Shown here piece by piece: positions 33,621 through 46,383 of a DNA stretch of 64,000 nt. The stretch is from Mytilus californianus (lineage: Eukaryota). The position numbers and the translations under genes were made by a program. The stretch lies in contig NW_026262690.1 of NCBI RefSeq assembly GCF_021869535.1, forward strand, positions 112,282,001-112,346,000, given 5' to 3'. Under the pieces are notes generated by a model. That model searched no databases. It worked only from the letters and a program-made list of their open reading frames with translations, and had not been told where the DNA came from. The first letter of the stretch is position 1, and the number at the start of each line of letters is the position of its first letter.

Positions 33621-34214
33621 TAGGTGCTGAAGTTGTGTATAATTTGTTTTCCTTTATTTGTCTTTGTACTTTATCGTTCCTTTCGGTCATATGACGCTTT
33701 ACGTAGCTCGGTTTTGTACGTCCAGCTTTCAGGATCTCGGCTTTCGACGATCCTGGTGCATGTGGGTCAAGAGGTGCGATTCGGACACATGAGGTTTTTA
33801 AAGTAATCATTTTATTTTGTTGTCCCTGCTTTTCATATTTTACTTAATTTGTACTTTATGGGGAACTGTTTACTATAAACAATGTTATATCGACTACAAG
33901 CACTCTGTTGGCGTCTTTGTACGATTTATCTGTATGTTTGTTTGAACTTTATAGTCAGTTGTGGTGTATACCTTTGAGGTAGGTTTACATAGTTTTGGCT
34001 GATGGATCTCAATTATTATACAAACCGATTATTTCTGTTTGGGTTGCTCAATTTTGTCCATATAACGGAACAATAAGCAACTGTCATACAAGTTAGAGAA
34101 AGTGGTCATTCTATCGGTTCATTTGAAAAACACAATTCCAACCGGACAGCACGTTTTCAAAATGTACCGAAAGAATCGACCTAAGGTCATCCACGATCCA
34201 AAGTCCTTGTCCTA

Positions 34215-34556
34215 GTTTGGCTGTGCGGGATGTAAAAGTTCGCAGCCACGTCCGGTTAGAATTGGGACGTTAAATCCGATGCCTCGTGTAAAGAGAGTGC
34301 CGCGCTCTTTGCACGTTAAGAGCCCTTGCAACAACTCTTTGAGGGGTCCGTTACTGTAGGTGGCCTGTTACAAGGCTAAATATTGTCCCTATCTAATATA
34401 CCCTCATTTACCTGTGGCAGTCCAAATTTCCCCGACCTTCATCTACGACGGCCCCTATTACGGGACCTACCTATTGTATTTATTGTTAATTTGATCTCGT
34501 CCTGAACATACATGAAATATTTGCCACTGGACGTTAAGCAACAAAAAATCAATCAT
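34215..34556 (+). mobile_element. R1 SINE copy
   Basis: Best-preserved R1 body and tail in the window. Confidence 0.8.
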
Positions 34557-35049
34557 AGTCCTTATCACCTAAAGTCTAGGTCATAGATATAGGTTGTTCA
34601 GACACAATCCACATGGTAATTCTACTTTCGTTTTATAACCGCCAAATATTAAAAAGGTCATCTGCCGTTAGTGGTATGAAACATTTGAAGAAGAACAAAA
34701 TTGATGAATGTGATAACTTTTAATAATGTTATATCAGGAAAGTGACAGTTAAGTGACCTTTACCATTTGAAAATGGGGTTAGTGGGACGGCAGTGGCGTA
34801 CGTAGCTTTGATTGAGGCAATGAAGCAATTGCCACTAAATTATTTACCAAGACAAAAATAGAAGGAGGGAGATAGAGAAAGAAAGATATAATATAATACA
34901 TTTTTCTATAATGGTTCTCTCTCCTTTACACAATCATTCCTTTTTCTAAACATAAAGTCAGATTAATGGAAATAGTCCAACTTTGAAAATGAACAAAGAT
35001 GATACAAATCATGACAAGTAAGAACCAAATATTCTGTTCAAGCATAAAG

Positions 35050-35400
35050 TTCTGGTACAAATTTCTATGGGAACCAACTATGTTCCTATTGTCCAGTTAT
35101 TCATAACAGACAGACTTCATACATGGGCTTCTGGAGAAGAATGGAAACAAGCTACAATGTAACATTACCCTTTAACTTCAGACTTTTCTTTATAGATAAC
35201 TTTCTCTTATTCGATAATTCAAATCTATTGTGAAACTGTGATCGCATAGATATTTATTCCATAAAACTCTAAACAACAGATACAGCAGATACATTTATTT
35301 CTTCTTAAAATATGACTTACATCTAAAAATTGTCAACGAGGGTCGGTTGAGAACTATATTTTACGAATTCCTATTGTCAACTTTAAACGTTTATGTAACA
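35050..35400 (+). pseudogene. Highly decayed PLE RT fragment
   Basis: QISMGTNYVP, FIHGLLEKN, LHLKIVNEGRLRT and PIVNF in broken frames. Confidence 0.6.
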
Positions 35401-35579
35401 ACAGTCTAGCAGGCTTGATTATATGTTAAATATCTCTCAAGTGGTAATATATTCTAAGGCTTGCGTGCCTTATCACGATGTTTTTCATAGAGATTTGCTT
35501 TTTTGTAACGAAATTGTTGAACCAAGGGTTCATAGTGGTAGGTTGAAGTTCATGCACTTCAACTGTTAAAGTTTTACCG

Positions 35580-35930
35580 ACGCCACTATCATTTATATGG
35601 TTTGCTACTGACCCCCTACATACCCATAGTGGGTGAGTAAAATTCATAAAGGTTGAGGCCGTAGGCCCTTTAAGATGGCGATTTAAGCCATGTCGAATCG
35701 ATTCCAATGAAGAGGTTTTGTACATGGACCCATCTGTTTATCTAGCGTCAAGGTAGAAATGAGACAACGGTTCATCCAAACGTAATGCATCAAAATTCTC
35801 AAAGTCCGGATCGTAAGATTTGCTTGTTAAATATTCCTTGTTCAGTTTTGCAGATTGTGAGTTACTTTTATGAGTTTTCTCGGAATGAATTTTCCGTCTT
35901 CTCTCGTCAATGTCTTTGCGTGTTTACGTA
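35580..35930 (-). pseudogene. Crypton-type (tyrosine recombinase transposon) N-terminal remnant
   Basis: EYLTSKSYDPDFENFDALRLDEPLSHFYLDAR*TDGSMYKTSSLESIRHGLNRHLKGP matches the recalled Crypton/DUF3504-associated N-terminal pattern. Confidence 0.7.
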
Positions 35931-36889
35931 CCTAATCTCTGCATTTTCTTGCAGACAAAAATATTATGTCACGTGTTGTTTGAAACGGGAGATAACTTCG
36001 GATAAAGGATTTTTTTTATTCTGATGAACAGGAGACAACTCCAAAATAAATATTTGATTTGAAATATAAATCGACAGGGCACCGCTTACAATACCGGTCT
36101 GAAAATTCCAAGCAGCGCCTCTCAACTCACATCACCGCGATGACAACCCTATAAAATCTTCTGACACCATACGGATCCATAGGGGGACACCACGCCATTT
36201 ATTTACCCGAGGTGCAATAAAAGGGTTTAATAGGAGGTTGTTGAATATTAGTCTCACAATAAGCCACGATTATGTAATTTATTTTTGTAGCCACAATCCC
36301 TTCCTACTTTCCTATTTTATTCGATGTTTTCTGGATTTGCCATGACCAATATGTGGTTAAAACACGTAGAGCAGGGACTGTTTTAACTTCTAGAGCACAC
36401 GAACGCTCGGTTCTTGGTTAGGCAGTTTTAGTTGTCTTTGTTATATGTTGTGGACGTTTGTTTCTTATGTTTGTCTTTGTTCCTTTAACCATGTTGTCTT
36501 GTTTGGTTTTTTGATTTCATGTTGATGTCGTCTCCACTTTTTTACGTAATGAACACTGCTGTCCTGTTATTCCCATTGCCTAACTTCAGTTACTAGTAAC
36601 GGATATTCCATCCATATCCTTTTATTAAAAAAGAGCAAGCGCGTTCATCTGTAATGAAGTATAAATATGCAGGGAAGTAGCGACAGGATGTGGATGTAAA
36701 ATATGATGCATCTTCTAGGGAGATTAACAATCTCTCACACTAAAGAACTAATACAACTCATTGAGGAGTTTGAAGGTGGTATGTTGCAGGGCAATATTTC
36801 TGTCCCTATTCAACATTGATTTTTTTAGCATTGGCATGTAACAATTCCCCGCTCATCATCCTGGTTAGTACCTACCTGCTGGATTTTAT

Positions 36890-37340
36890 AAAATTGAGAA
36901 TGGAAATGGGGAATGTGCCAAAGAGACAACAACCCGACCAAAGAGCAGAAAACAGCCAAAGGCCACAATGGGTCTTCAACCCAGCGAAACAATCCTGCAC
37001 CAGGAGGCGGGATTCAGCTGGCCCTTAAACAAAAATGTGTACTAGTTCAATGAAAATGGACGTCACACTAAACTCCAAAACATATAAATGAACTCTCGTC
37101 TGTTTATGTAGTTCATACGTGTTTCTCGTTTCTCGTTTCTATATAGATTAGACCGTTGGTTTTCCCGTTTGAATGGTTTTACACTAGTAATTTTTGGGGC
37201 CCTTTATAGCTTGCTGTTCGGTGTGAGCCAATGCTCCGTGTTGAAGGCCGTACCTTGACCTATAATGGTTTACTTTTATAAATTGTTACTTGGATGGAGA
37301 GTTTTCTCATTGGCACTCATACCACATCTTCCTATATCTA
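36890..37340. repeat. Adjacent R3 (+, 36890-37095) and R2 (37095-37330, inverse of 50748-51000) copies
   Basis: Direct similarity to the other copies listed. Confidence 0.8.
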
Positions 37341-38914
37341 AAATTAAAAAAACTTACAAGACTAACAAAGGCGAGGCTCCTGACTCGGGACAGGCGCAAA
37401 AATGCGGCGGGGTTAAACATGTTAATGTTGGTTTGTTTTCGTCTTGAATATGCATGAAATGTTTGCAACTGGATAGTAAGCAAACACCAATCAATCAATT
37501 AATCGATAATTCGCTAAATGATACGCTTTTTTTACCTGTTACAAACATGCGTATTACAAAATCTTTGCTATGCAGGGTTTGTAATGGGACAATTAAACCT
37601 AAGCATCATCGCAGTCTTAAATCGTTTGCCTCCCTAAAAATAAGGGCCTAACAATCCCACTGAATGGGAATCCAAAATGAATAGTTTGTATAGAGCAGAA
37701 AGTTAAAAATCCCTAATATTATACGTGTATTACATACGAGAAACAAAGACAATCCCGCTTGTATAATAATGCTTAACACAGTTACACCCTTTGCGTCTTA
37801 ATATAGAACACGATGGTCCGAGGTCATTGATTTTGTCTAGAATAAGTACATGTACACATCTCACAATTCAAAATATTACATGCAAATTAGTTGAAATGGA
37901 AAATTCAGTTTTGAAATACAGAATTTGCTGCAAATCGTATTATTTTGCTGGTTTGAAGATTGGCCTGACTATTAACAAGAACATTCTGATTAGGTACTTA
38001 TATAGACAGAGCGGAGAAGATTTTGTTTGGCAAGAACAATTGTCCAGTAATGCTTCCAGTGACATTGTTTGGAAGGGTTTAAATGCCGGTAGGGCTAGAA
38101 GGGGTAACTTGTACAAGTTCTTCTGTAGAAGAGTTACCCTTTTGTAGTATTGTCTAATACCATGTTTATTTTATACTTTTGGTTTTCTGCAATAGGAATT
38201 TCAACTTTCCCCACACTTATTGTCAGACATGACATTTAGTGCCATTTGTTCTCTTGTGAAGAGTAGCCTCATTGGCAATCATACCACATCTTCTTATTTT
38301 TATATGAATATGATGCTTAGATCTGTTAAACTATCAACTCTCATGGCGGAAAAGCTGCCGACTTTATCGAACGTCCTGTGTAGCGTTGAAAGTAGAGAAT
38401 TTGTTACGGTGCAGTCTAGTGTGTCCGCGAACCTAAGACTTCTGGCTACGCTTGGGCTTACTCATAACACATATAATCGGCTAATATTTTGTGAACAAAT
38501 TCATTACATACTTTAGATTCATGAAACTTTCTTTAGGTATTACTTTACCCTTACGATTTCTTAAAATGTGTGTCCCAAAATAGGGAAACCCCTATTTTCA
38601 CAATTTTACAAATGTCCGGTGATTTCGCGCATGCCATCTAAAAAAATTGATATTGAATAAACGAAAGATTTTACACTATCAAATACTGTTCTCTTTGAAC
38701 CAAACAGACTGCTAATGGTGTGGAGCAAAATATATCAAAATGTTGATAAAATTTATCATGAATTTAAACAATTATATAAAATGATGTCACTATTCTTTAT
38801 TAAACACCAGTTTTAACAAAATTATTAACATTTATAATGTTTCTTTAAAATCAACAAGCAACAACCAGAAGTATTAAATATCAAAATGTAACTACTGAAG
38901 ACCATCAAAAATGC

Positions 38915-39910
38915 TAGCTGAGGACCACATCCGGGTGTGGGATTTTCTCGCTGCGTTGAAGACCCATTGGTGGCCTACGGCTGTTATCTGCTCTTTGGTT
39001 GGGTTGTTGTCTCTTTGACATATTCCCCATTTCCATTCTCAATTTTATTAAACTATACACATTCATGAGGGCAAATTTCATCATACATTATGTAAAAAGT
39101 ACAAGAGGGTACGAGCACGTTTACAAATGTCCCGAGATTGAATGCAATTTGGTAAATTGTTTTGGGAGGCTGTTGACTTAATCATATGATCTAGCATACA
39201 CGTTTGAATATATAATAAACATTCAAACACTATAGCTGCTTGTAATCGATGTTTACGATAACGATTAGTTAAGGTTAATCTGAACTCTTTATATCAACAA
39301 ATCGACTGCTTTTTGGTTGCTCTACTTAATATTTCATGCATATTCAGGACGAGAACAAATTAACAATAACTATAATAAATAGGTCCTGCACTGTTGTCAA
39401 TATAATGGAATTATATGCAACTGTCATACAAGTGAGAGGTTTAGCTAGCTATAAAACCAGGTTTAATCCACCATTTACTACATAAGGAAATGCCTGTACC
39501 AAGTCAGGAATACGACAGTTGTTTTCCATTTGTTTGATGTGTGTGAGCTTCTGATTTTGCCATTTTATAAAGGAATTTACGTTTTGAATTTCCCTTGGAG
39601 CTCTGTATTTTTGTTATTTTTTTTTCCTGTAATAGAAGCCGTCCGGAAAAAAGATCAAGGAAATTTGAGCTGCCACTGAGAGATGAGTGTATATTGGATG
39701 GGGACAGAACTTTTGCCATGCAAAATGCCACCTACGGACCCCTCAAAGACTTTATGCAAGGGTTCTTAACGTTCAGAGAGCGTGGCCCATTCTGACTAGA
39801 CGTGGCTGCGTAATTGTACATACCGCACAGCCAAACGGACGTCCCACTTTAGCAAGGGTTTTACTGCCGGTCTGAAGAAGACCCAGAGTGACCATGTTTC
39901 TATTCCACAG
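38915..39910 (-). repeat. Cluster of R3 (38915-39055), R1 tail (39335-39370), R4 (39385-39620) and R1 (39660-39910)
   Basis: Reverse-complement similarity to the other copies. Confidence 0.75.
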
Positions 39911-40569
39911 TCACCCTAAGGGTCCACAAATGGAAATAACAATTACAAATACTCTTGATTGACACACATGGTTATATTGTACATCAAAATAACGGTAATT
40001 TATTTTACCTTATCAAAGAATTGTAATTTAAGATTTATTATTTTTTACGGATGTCAACTTGTACTCGAGTACTTCTCGGTAGTACCGAGTATCAAATACC
40101 AAATTGATACTCGATTAATCGGTTATCTGTTAGGACACAACTCTTTCTTTTCATGACAAATTGTCTTAAGAACGCTCCATCATAGTTGATTATGTATGTA
40201 CTAAGCTGTTGTGAAAAATGCATCCGTTTGGAAATATTTTAAAAGTATTGACAGTAAAAGAGAGGCGCAGGAAACCAAAGGAACATTCAAACTCATACAA
40301 GTCAAAATAAGCTGACAACGCTATGACTAAAACAGAAAAAGACAAACAACAGTACACAAAACAACATAGAAAACTAAACCAAAGACTGGGGGTGATCACA
40401 GGTGCTCCGGAAGGGTAAGCAGATCCTGCTACATATGTGGCAACCGGTGATATGTCTAATTCGGTTGTTAAAACTGTAAAATTTTAACTTTATGAGGCTG
40501 ATCTTACGAATGGTGGAGGTACTATCAATATGTGGCACTATATTAGGGCGAAATATCCCGCTTACGACG

Positions 40570-40830
40570 GACAATCAGGCTTCTATAACAAGTTTAGTAG
40601 ATTTTCCGAAGAAGTTGAATAGTACCTTTCATGAAAACATAACCCTTTACTATAAAGGGTTATCTACAGCAAAGTATCGTTCAAGGAGGTTTTCTGAATA
40701 TGATGAAAATCGTGATACCAGAATACAAAGTACCATCGCCTTATACCATCAGATCTATGATCGATAAATTGTACGAAGAAAGGGAACATCTGATTGATGA
40801 ACTAAAAGAAGTTCATAGTTTTACTATGAA
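40570..40830 (+). pseudogene. hAT (ZBED-like) transposase fragment
   Basis: IKGYLQQSIVQGGFLNMMKIVIPEYKVPSPYTIRSMIDKLYEE resembles the pattern DLQPFSIVE..GF..L..L.P.Y..PSR.T. Confidence 0.7.
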
Positions 40831-40919
40831 GATTCATTGCCATCTGCTGAAGCACTTTCGAAAAAAGCTCTTAATGTTACGTACTCTATCAAAAGCTATA
40901 CAAGTGGTCTAAACCAAGT

Positions 40920-41800
40920 GCCAGCAAATTAATCTGTTCATTTATTTGATTCTTTGGTTCGTCCTATTCATGCTATTCTTACATATACGTGTGAAATTTG
41001 GTATATGGATATGTACAAATCATACTATGATGCAATTGCTAGATTCCCCCTGAAAAAAATCACAAGTTTTGTAAATTTACACTTGGATAAAGAAATTTGC
41101 CAGTAACATTGTATCTAGATCTGAATTAGGAAAATTCCTCCTTCTTTGTTGCATTGCCACGCAGTCACTTTTGTATGAAGACCGACTTTTGAGTGAAAAC
41201 TCATCTGATTTACTTATAAGTCTTGCTCTCTTTCAAAGTCACTTCATGATCAAGTTATATACTCATGGTACTCATATGTAAATCGTATTAGGTCTGACAA
41301 TAATATTAGTAAACCAAAAGATGAAACTAAAAACAAATACAGAGCCTGTAAGAATCTTAGTAAAAAATACTATAAAAACGAACTTCAGCAAAGATATAAA
41401 GAAACATATGACAATAAGATATCATCTCATGACCAAAATAGTAAACTTCTTTTGTTTAAGCATATAAAAACTGAATATAAACAAGAATTTTATTTGACAT
41501 ACAGCTGTACCCTAATCTTGATACAAGAAAACTTATATGCAAATTTATAATTAGTGATCATTCCCACGCTATTGAAACTGGAAGATATAAAAATACTCCA
41601 CGCCCTCACAGACTTTGTAATAAGTGCAAAGTTCTGGATGATCAATCCCATTTCTTTTTATTATGTAAAATAATTATTGATTTAAGACATGTCTTTTTAA
41701 CGATTTAAAAACCAAATACAAGGATTTTTCTGATAATAAAATGAAATATATTCTAAATCAAACTACTAGTCAGCAGGTGAAATCTTTAGGCTCCTTTCTC
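40920..41800 (+). pseudogene. Non-LTR retrotransposon (CR1/L2-group) ORF2 C-terminal remnant
   Basis: LFDSLVRPI..LTYTCEIW, ELGKFP, and IETGRYKNTPRPHRLCNKCKVLDDQSHFFLLC. Confidence 0.8.
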
Positions 41801-42259
41801 GTGTTTATTTTACATTCTATGGAACTGAGGACATTTGTTGTGTTATGTGTTTAATATTTTGTTTTATTTTGATGTAAATGTAAAGGTCATCATTATATTT
41901 TTGTTTATACATGTAATTGTTATGCCTTTGACCCTCTTATAGGTGTAATTTGTGCTACAGAAAGTATATATGAACAGTTCAATTTTTTCAAAGATCAAAA
42001 CATATTTACAACATTTATATGCCTCGAACTTCTAAGAGGTTAAACTTATACTAAAATTCTGTACTAACCCTGCCTTAACTTTAAATCTTCCTCAGAATTC
42101 AATTTGACCGCTATCCATGTGTATTTATACTGGTACAATAGTTGTTTATCTATGATATGGAACATTGAGATCATATCTGGGAACCTGTAGGTCAACAAAA
42201 CAAAATATCTATGAATATTCAATATCTTCCTAAAAGAGGCATGGTTTGTGAAACCCTCT

Positions 42260-42430
42260 AGTCAGAGGTTTAGCTAGCTATAAAACATAAGGAAATACCT
42301 GTACCAAGTCAGGTATATGACAGTTGTTTTCTTTTCGTTTGATGTGTTTGAGCTTTTAATTTTGCCAATTGATAAGGGATTTTCCGATTTGAACTTTCCT
42401 TGGAGTTCGGTATTTTTGTTATTTTACTTT
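42260..42430 (-). repeat. R4 copy
   Basis: Reverse complement of part of 50100-50300. Confidence 0.75.
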
Positions 42431-45400
42431 TTAGTAAAGTGCAACCAGCAGAGCACAATATCGACGAAAATTGGGAGATGAAGTCTAACGTATTGTGTAC
42501 TCGTTAAATGCCAGCAAGACACTGGAGCAAATATTGCCGAAACAGAGTTTTTCACGATAATGCTCCTTATATGGAAAATGCTAGTAGTAGATCTTCTGAA
42601 TGGGGCGACTTAACAGAACAGAGGTGAGTTCTAAATATCATGTTAGACTACCGCTGTATAAAACAACAGGACATGATAATGTTACCAAAAGATCATGCAT
42701 GGGATATTATGTCAGATGTGTCGACCGTTTTGAAGGATTTTTCGAATTAACAACACACATGTCTACTGAGCTGTATGTCTCCGCCTCTCAAATCTTCCCT
42801 ATCGTTTTTGAGAAAAGAAAAAAAAAAACTAAAACTATAAATTAGACATATATTTACCAAAAGAGGGGCGAAAAAGTACAAAGGGGCTGTCTTTAGGGAA
42901 ATGTTTAGAACGACGTTTTGAAAAATGGGATACATTGAAAATGGTTTTCAAACAGGAAGTAGAGTTTTAAATGGAAAAAAAGAAAGAAAAAAACAAAAAA
43001 ACTTTGGAAAGAAACATGAGAAAAAAATACTATTTACCATCTCAAATTTGGTTACTTATTGCACCATAAAGGGATTTGCATGTACGCGTTTAACACTATA
43101 CACACTAGGAACTATATTCGTAGACAACGAAAAATAAAAGACGATAGCTCTCGTGGCGTAGAAAGGGTTAATAAACAATTATTATTTTTTGACAAAATTT
43201 GGTTAATTTTTATGAAGTAAAGACAGTTATGCGCGAGAAAATTATGCACAGTTTGCACATTTACTCAACCGGGTCAGAGAAGGAAGGCAAACTACGACTG
43301 ATATGTCTACAAGACTGGTCTCTTTAACAAAGAAAACCGGTTTGCAAAAGTTCATACATTTCTATAGTTCTTATAGATGAACATTATAATTCAGTTTTGT
43401 TACTGATTGATCGGATTACTTATAATAAGCTGTCAAAGCTGCCTTAAAAAGTGAGTGCACATTGCATGATGATCCAAAATGTTAATACATAAGATTTTTT
43501 GACAAATGGGTTATCATTCCGGCCCTGTGCATTCACATTTCAAACAAAAAAACAACACTTCTTTAGGATGTCTTCAATGATAAAGAAATTGGATCAGCAA
43601 CTAGATAAGAATATACACATCAATCAGAATTAGACACATATTTCCTTCATAATAGGCATTTCAAGTTGGCATAGATAAGTAGGTTCAAGTGGTTCAAGTG
43701 GTTCAAGTGGTCCTGAAGTAGTTTCCAGTTAAACTTGCTGTTGTATCAACACTAAATAAGGGTCGAGGTATTTCTATTTCAAATGTAGTTGTAGCTTGTA
43801 AAGGTAGAGAGGCCAGTTTATCGTATTTACGTCCGCCATTTTGTTTTCCGGTCGCGATATTTTTCAGAATATACACATTTGAAACGGGTTGTTTTGTCGG
43901 ATTTTTGCCACCATCAAGAATAAAAAGTTAACCTAAATATGAGAAAAATATAAAGTTTATCAAAAAGAATAACTTTATATAATATTTTAAAATGAAGTCC
44001 AACGTAATATTTGATCAATCGCGACGCATCTCCAATGAAAACGTTGCCGGTGGCACGGTTTTTTCCAGAGGACTACCCACTTCAAACCGAAATAGAAATA
44101 TGTTACTGACGTTAGAAATTCATAAAATTATTATCCAATGAAAAAGGAGATTCCCATTTCTCTCACATGCGCAGTGAAGATTTATTTTCGGTTACTGCGT
44201 CCTTGACTTTCACGTTTAAAATCTTCAAAGAATATAAACAACCAGATAAGTAATTCGAACCGAAATTTCATGTCCATTATCGTTTACCTTGACACTTTTT
44301 CTTTACAAACACCCCAATTTGATAGCAATTAATAATCAGGAACATATTTCTTTTTTAAGATTAAGCGATCAAACCAAAACGCAAGTGGAAGTAAAAAAAT
44401 GAACGTCGTCGTTAATCAGAAAACTGACTCGAGTGACTGTAACGTCAGTACACAGAACGGTAAGTTTAGCAAAGCATATATTGTTTTTGTTAAATATTTG
44501 AACTAACTTTGTTTTTATTTGTTTTAAAATATTTGGCATCTTTCTATTTGTTTTTAAGCGAACAAAAGGCATTGGACATTACTATAATTTGTCTAGTATT
44601 GAACAGTTGAAAGAAAATAAGTGCCCCTTTTTTAAACAATCATATTTTAGAAAGAAATGACCATACAAGATTTGATATCCTTATTACCAGGATACCTAAT
44701 CTGCAGTTCACTCCTGGCAAGTTTTTTTTTCAATCTGGTTAGTTCATATGAAACATAAAATTTTGTATTGTTTATTGTTTATTATTAATAATAAACTGAT
44801 AATGCTTTGTTCCTTCACAGTAAGTGATATAAAACAAGTTTTGTTTCTATATTTTAAATGATAACATGTGTTGAATTTTTTAATGACATGACGTAATTAA
44901 ATAAGGAGCGTAATCGTGATAAATTAGGCCATTGCTTCTCTGGTTTGAATTTTTTTTTTACTAGTCATTCGTGGCCATTAATAGCTTGTTATGTTTCAGG
45001 AAATTAATCACTAACCCAAATCTGTTTGCTATTTATGGTCAGATCATATGTTTTCGTACGTCATACAAATTCGTACTATGCATACTTTTTCAATGGAAAT
45101 TGTGACGTCACAATGCATTCTTAATAGCACGAAAACCCATGAGACAAGGATAAGAGTTTGCGACATTTCAACATACAATTGGGGACACTTGAACTATGAC
45201 GTTAAACAACAGTCTCTCTTTGTATCATCAATCTTCCGTTTACTTGCTACAATAAGCATCAAATGAGCCTTTATTTTTTGTTGTCATTCGTCAAATCTCA
45301 TTTTGTAGCTACCGTTAGCGTCAAATGGAGTTAAATATTTATCGTTAACGTTATTCGAACAAATATTTTACCGTCGTTCGTCATGTGGAGTACCCCATTA

Positions 45401-45629
45401 CTACCCTCTTTAAAGGTGTCTGACTTTTCTCTTTTGATGTAATTTCACGGGAACTTGTGGAATATTCAATAAAGGCAGACATATAGATATCAGATTTATT
45501 CTTTATATCATGAAGTCACAATGGATTATATTTCTGTGTTTCAGGACTGGGAATGTTTCAGGAATATTTGTCGGAGTCGAACATATCTGGTGAAAAATTG
45601 CAGGCTTTATTGAAGGTGGTAAAGGGTTA

Positions 45630-45810
45630 TTTTCGTGCAACGTGTTTTGCCATTTTTATTTCACGTTCAGCCGTGAAAAGGGTTCGTTATTCACCGTGTT
45701 TCGTGAAATCGGTAAAAAGATCAACGTGCAAGAAATTTTTAATTGTTCGTTCATCGTGAAATGGCAATTTTATTTCGCGTTCTTCCGTGCAGATACCCCC
45801 CCCCCCCTTT
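45630..45810. repeat. Degenerate ~30-bp array of paired CGT(G) motifs ending in poly-C
   Basis: Pairs at about 45634/41, 45664/72, 45695/702, 45725, 45748/55 and 45778/86. Confidence 0.55.
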
Positions 45811-46383
45811 TTTTTAACTTACTAATGAGACATATGCCGGTTAATAAAATACTTAAGAATGTACTGATTAAAATATTACATCATGCAAATTGAAAAAAAA
45901 AAAAACACTTAAAAGGACTTGTAAAGTGAAAATGAATTGAAAGTAATTCATTGAAAAATAACATTCATATTAATAACAAATAATATGTTATAAGAGCTAT
46001 TTCTTTGTGATTCCTTTTGTCTCTTTTTCAGTACAAACCTTTCTTCCATATACTGGTCATAGGATTTTAGATGTGTCAAAGAAGATTTTATTGCTGGACG
46101 ATATGTGCTGGTCACAGATAAATCAATGCCTTAACCTCGTAATAATATGGTAAATTAAATATATGACATTCCCTTTTTTTAAATGAAATGCTAGTTATTT
46201 CACAAAAGAGGGAGAGTCAGATTTGGTTATGTACACCATTAATTAATTTTTGGGATTTTTAAAATTTTTTAGATGATTGGGCCATTACCAAATTTCAAGA
46301 ACCTGTTTGGAGGCAATATTTTTTTTTGGGATACTGTTCTGAAGACCATTGAAGATTGACAGTCATTAACATTTAAAGACAAT

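Noticed and set aside
36022-36050. Hammerhead-like CTGATGA followed by a GGAG/CTCC hairpin
   Set aside because: No GAAA after the stem, and no stem I or III pairing found.
43140-43172. piggyBac-like end (TTAACCCTTTC on minus)
   Set aside because: No partner terminus was found in the window.
43500-43840. Possible gene start (aaaATGGCGGAC on minus) and 9-bp GGTTCAAGT triplet
   Set aside because: The frame closes after 21 codons, with no convincing domain or splice pattern.
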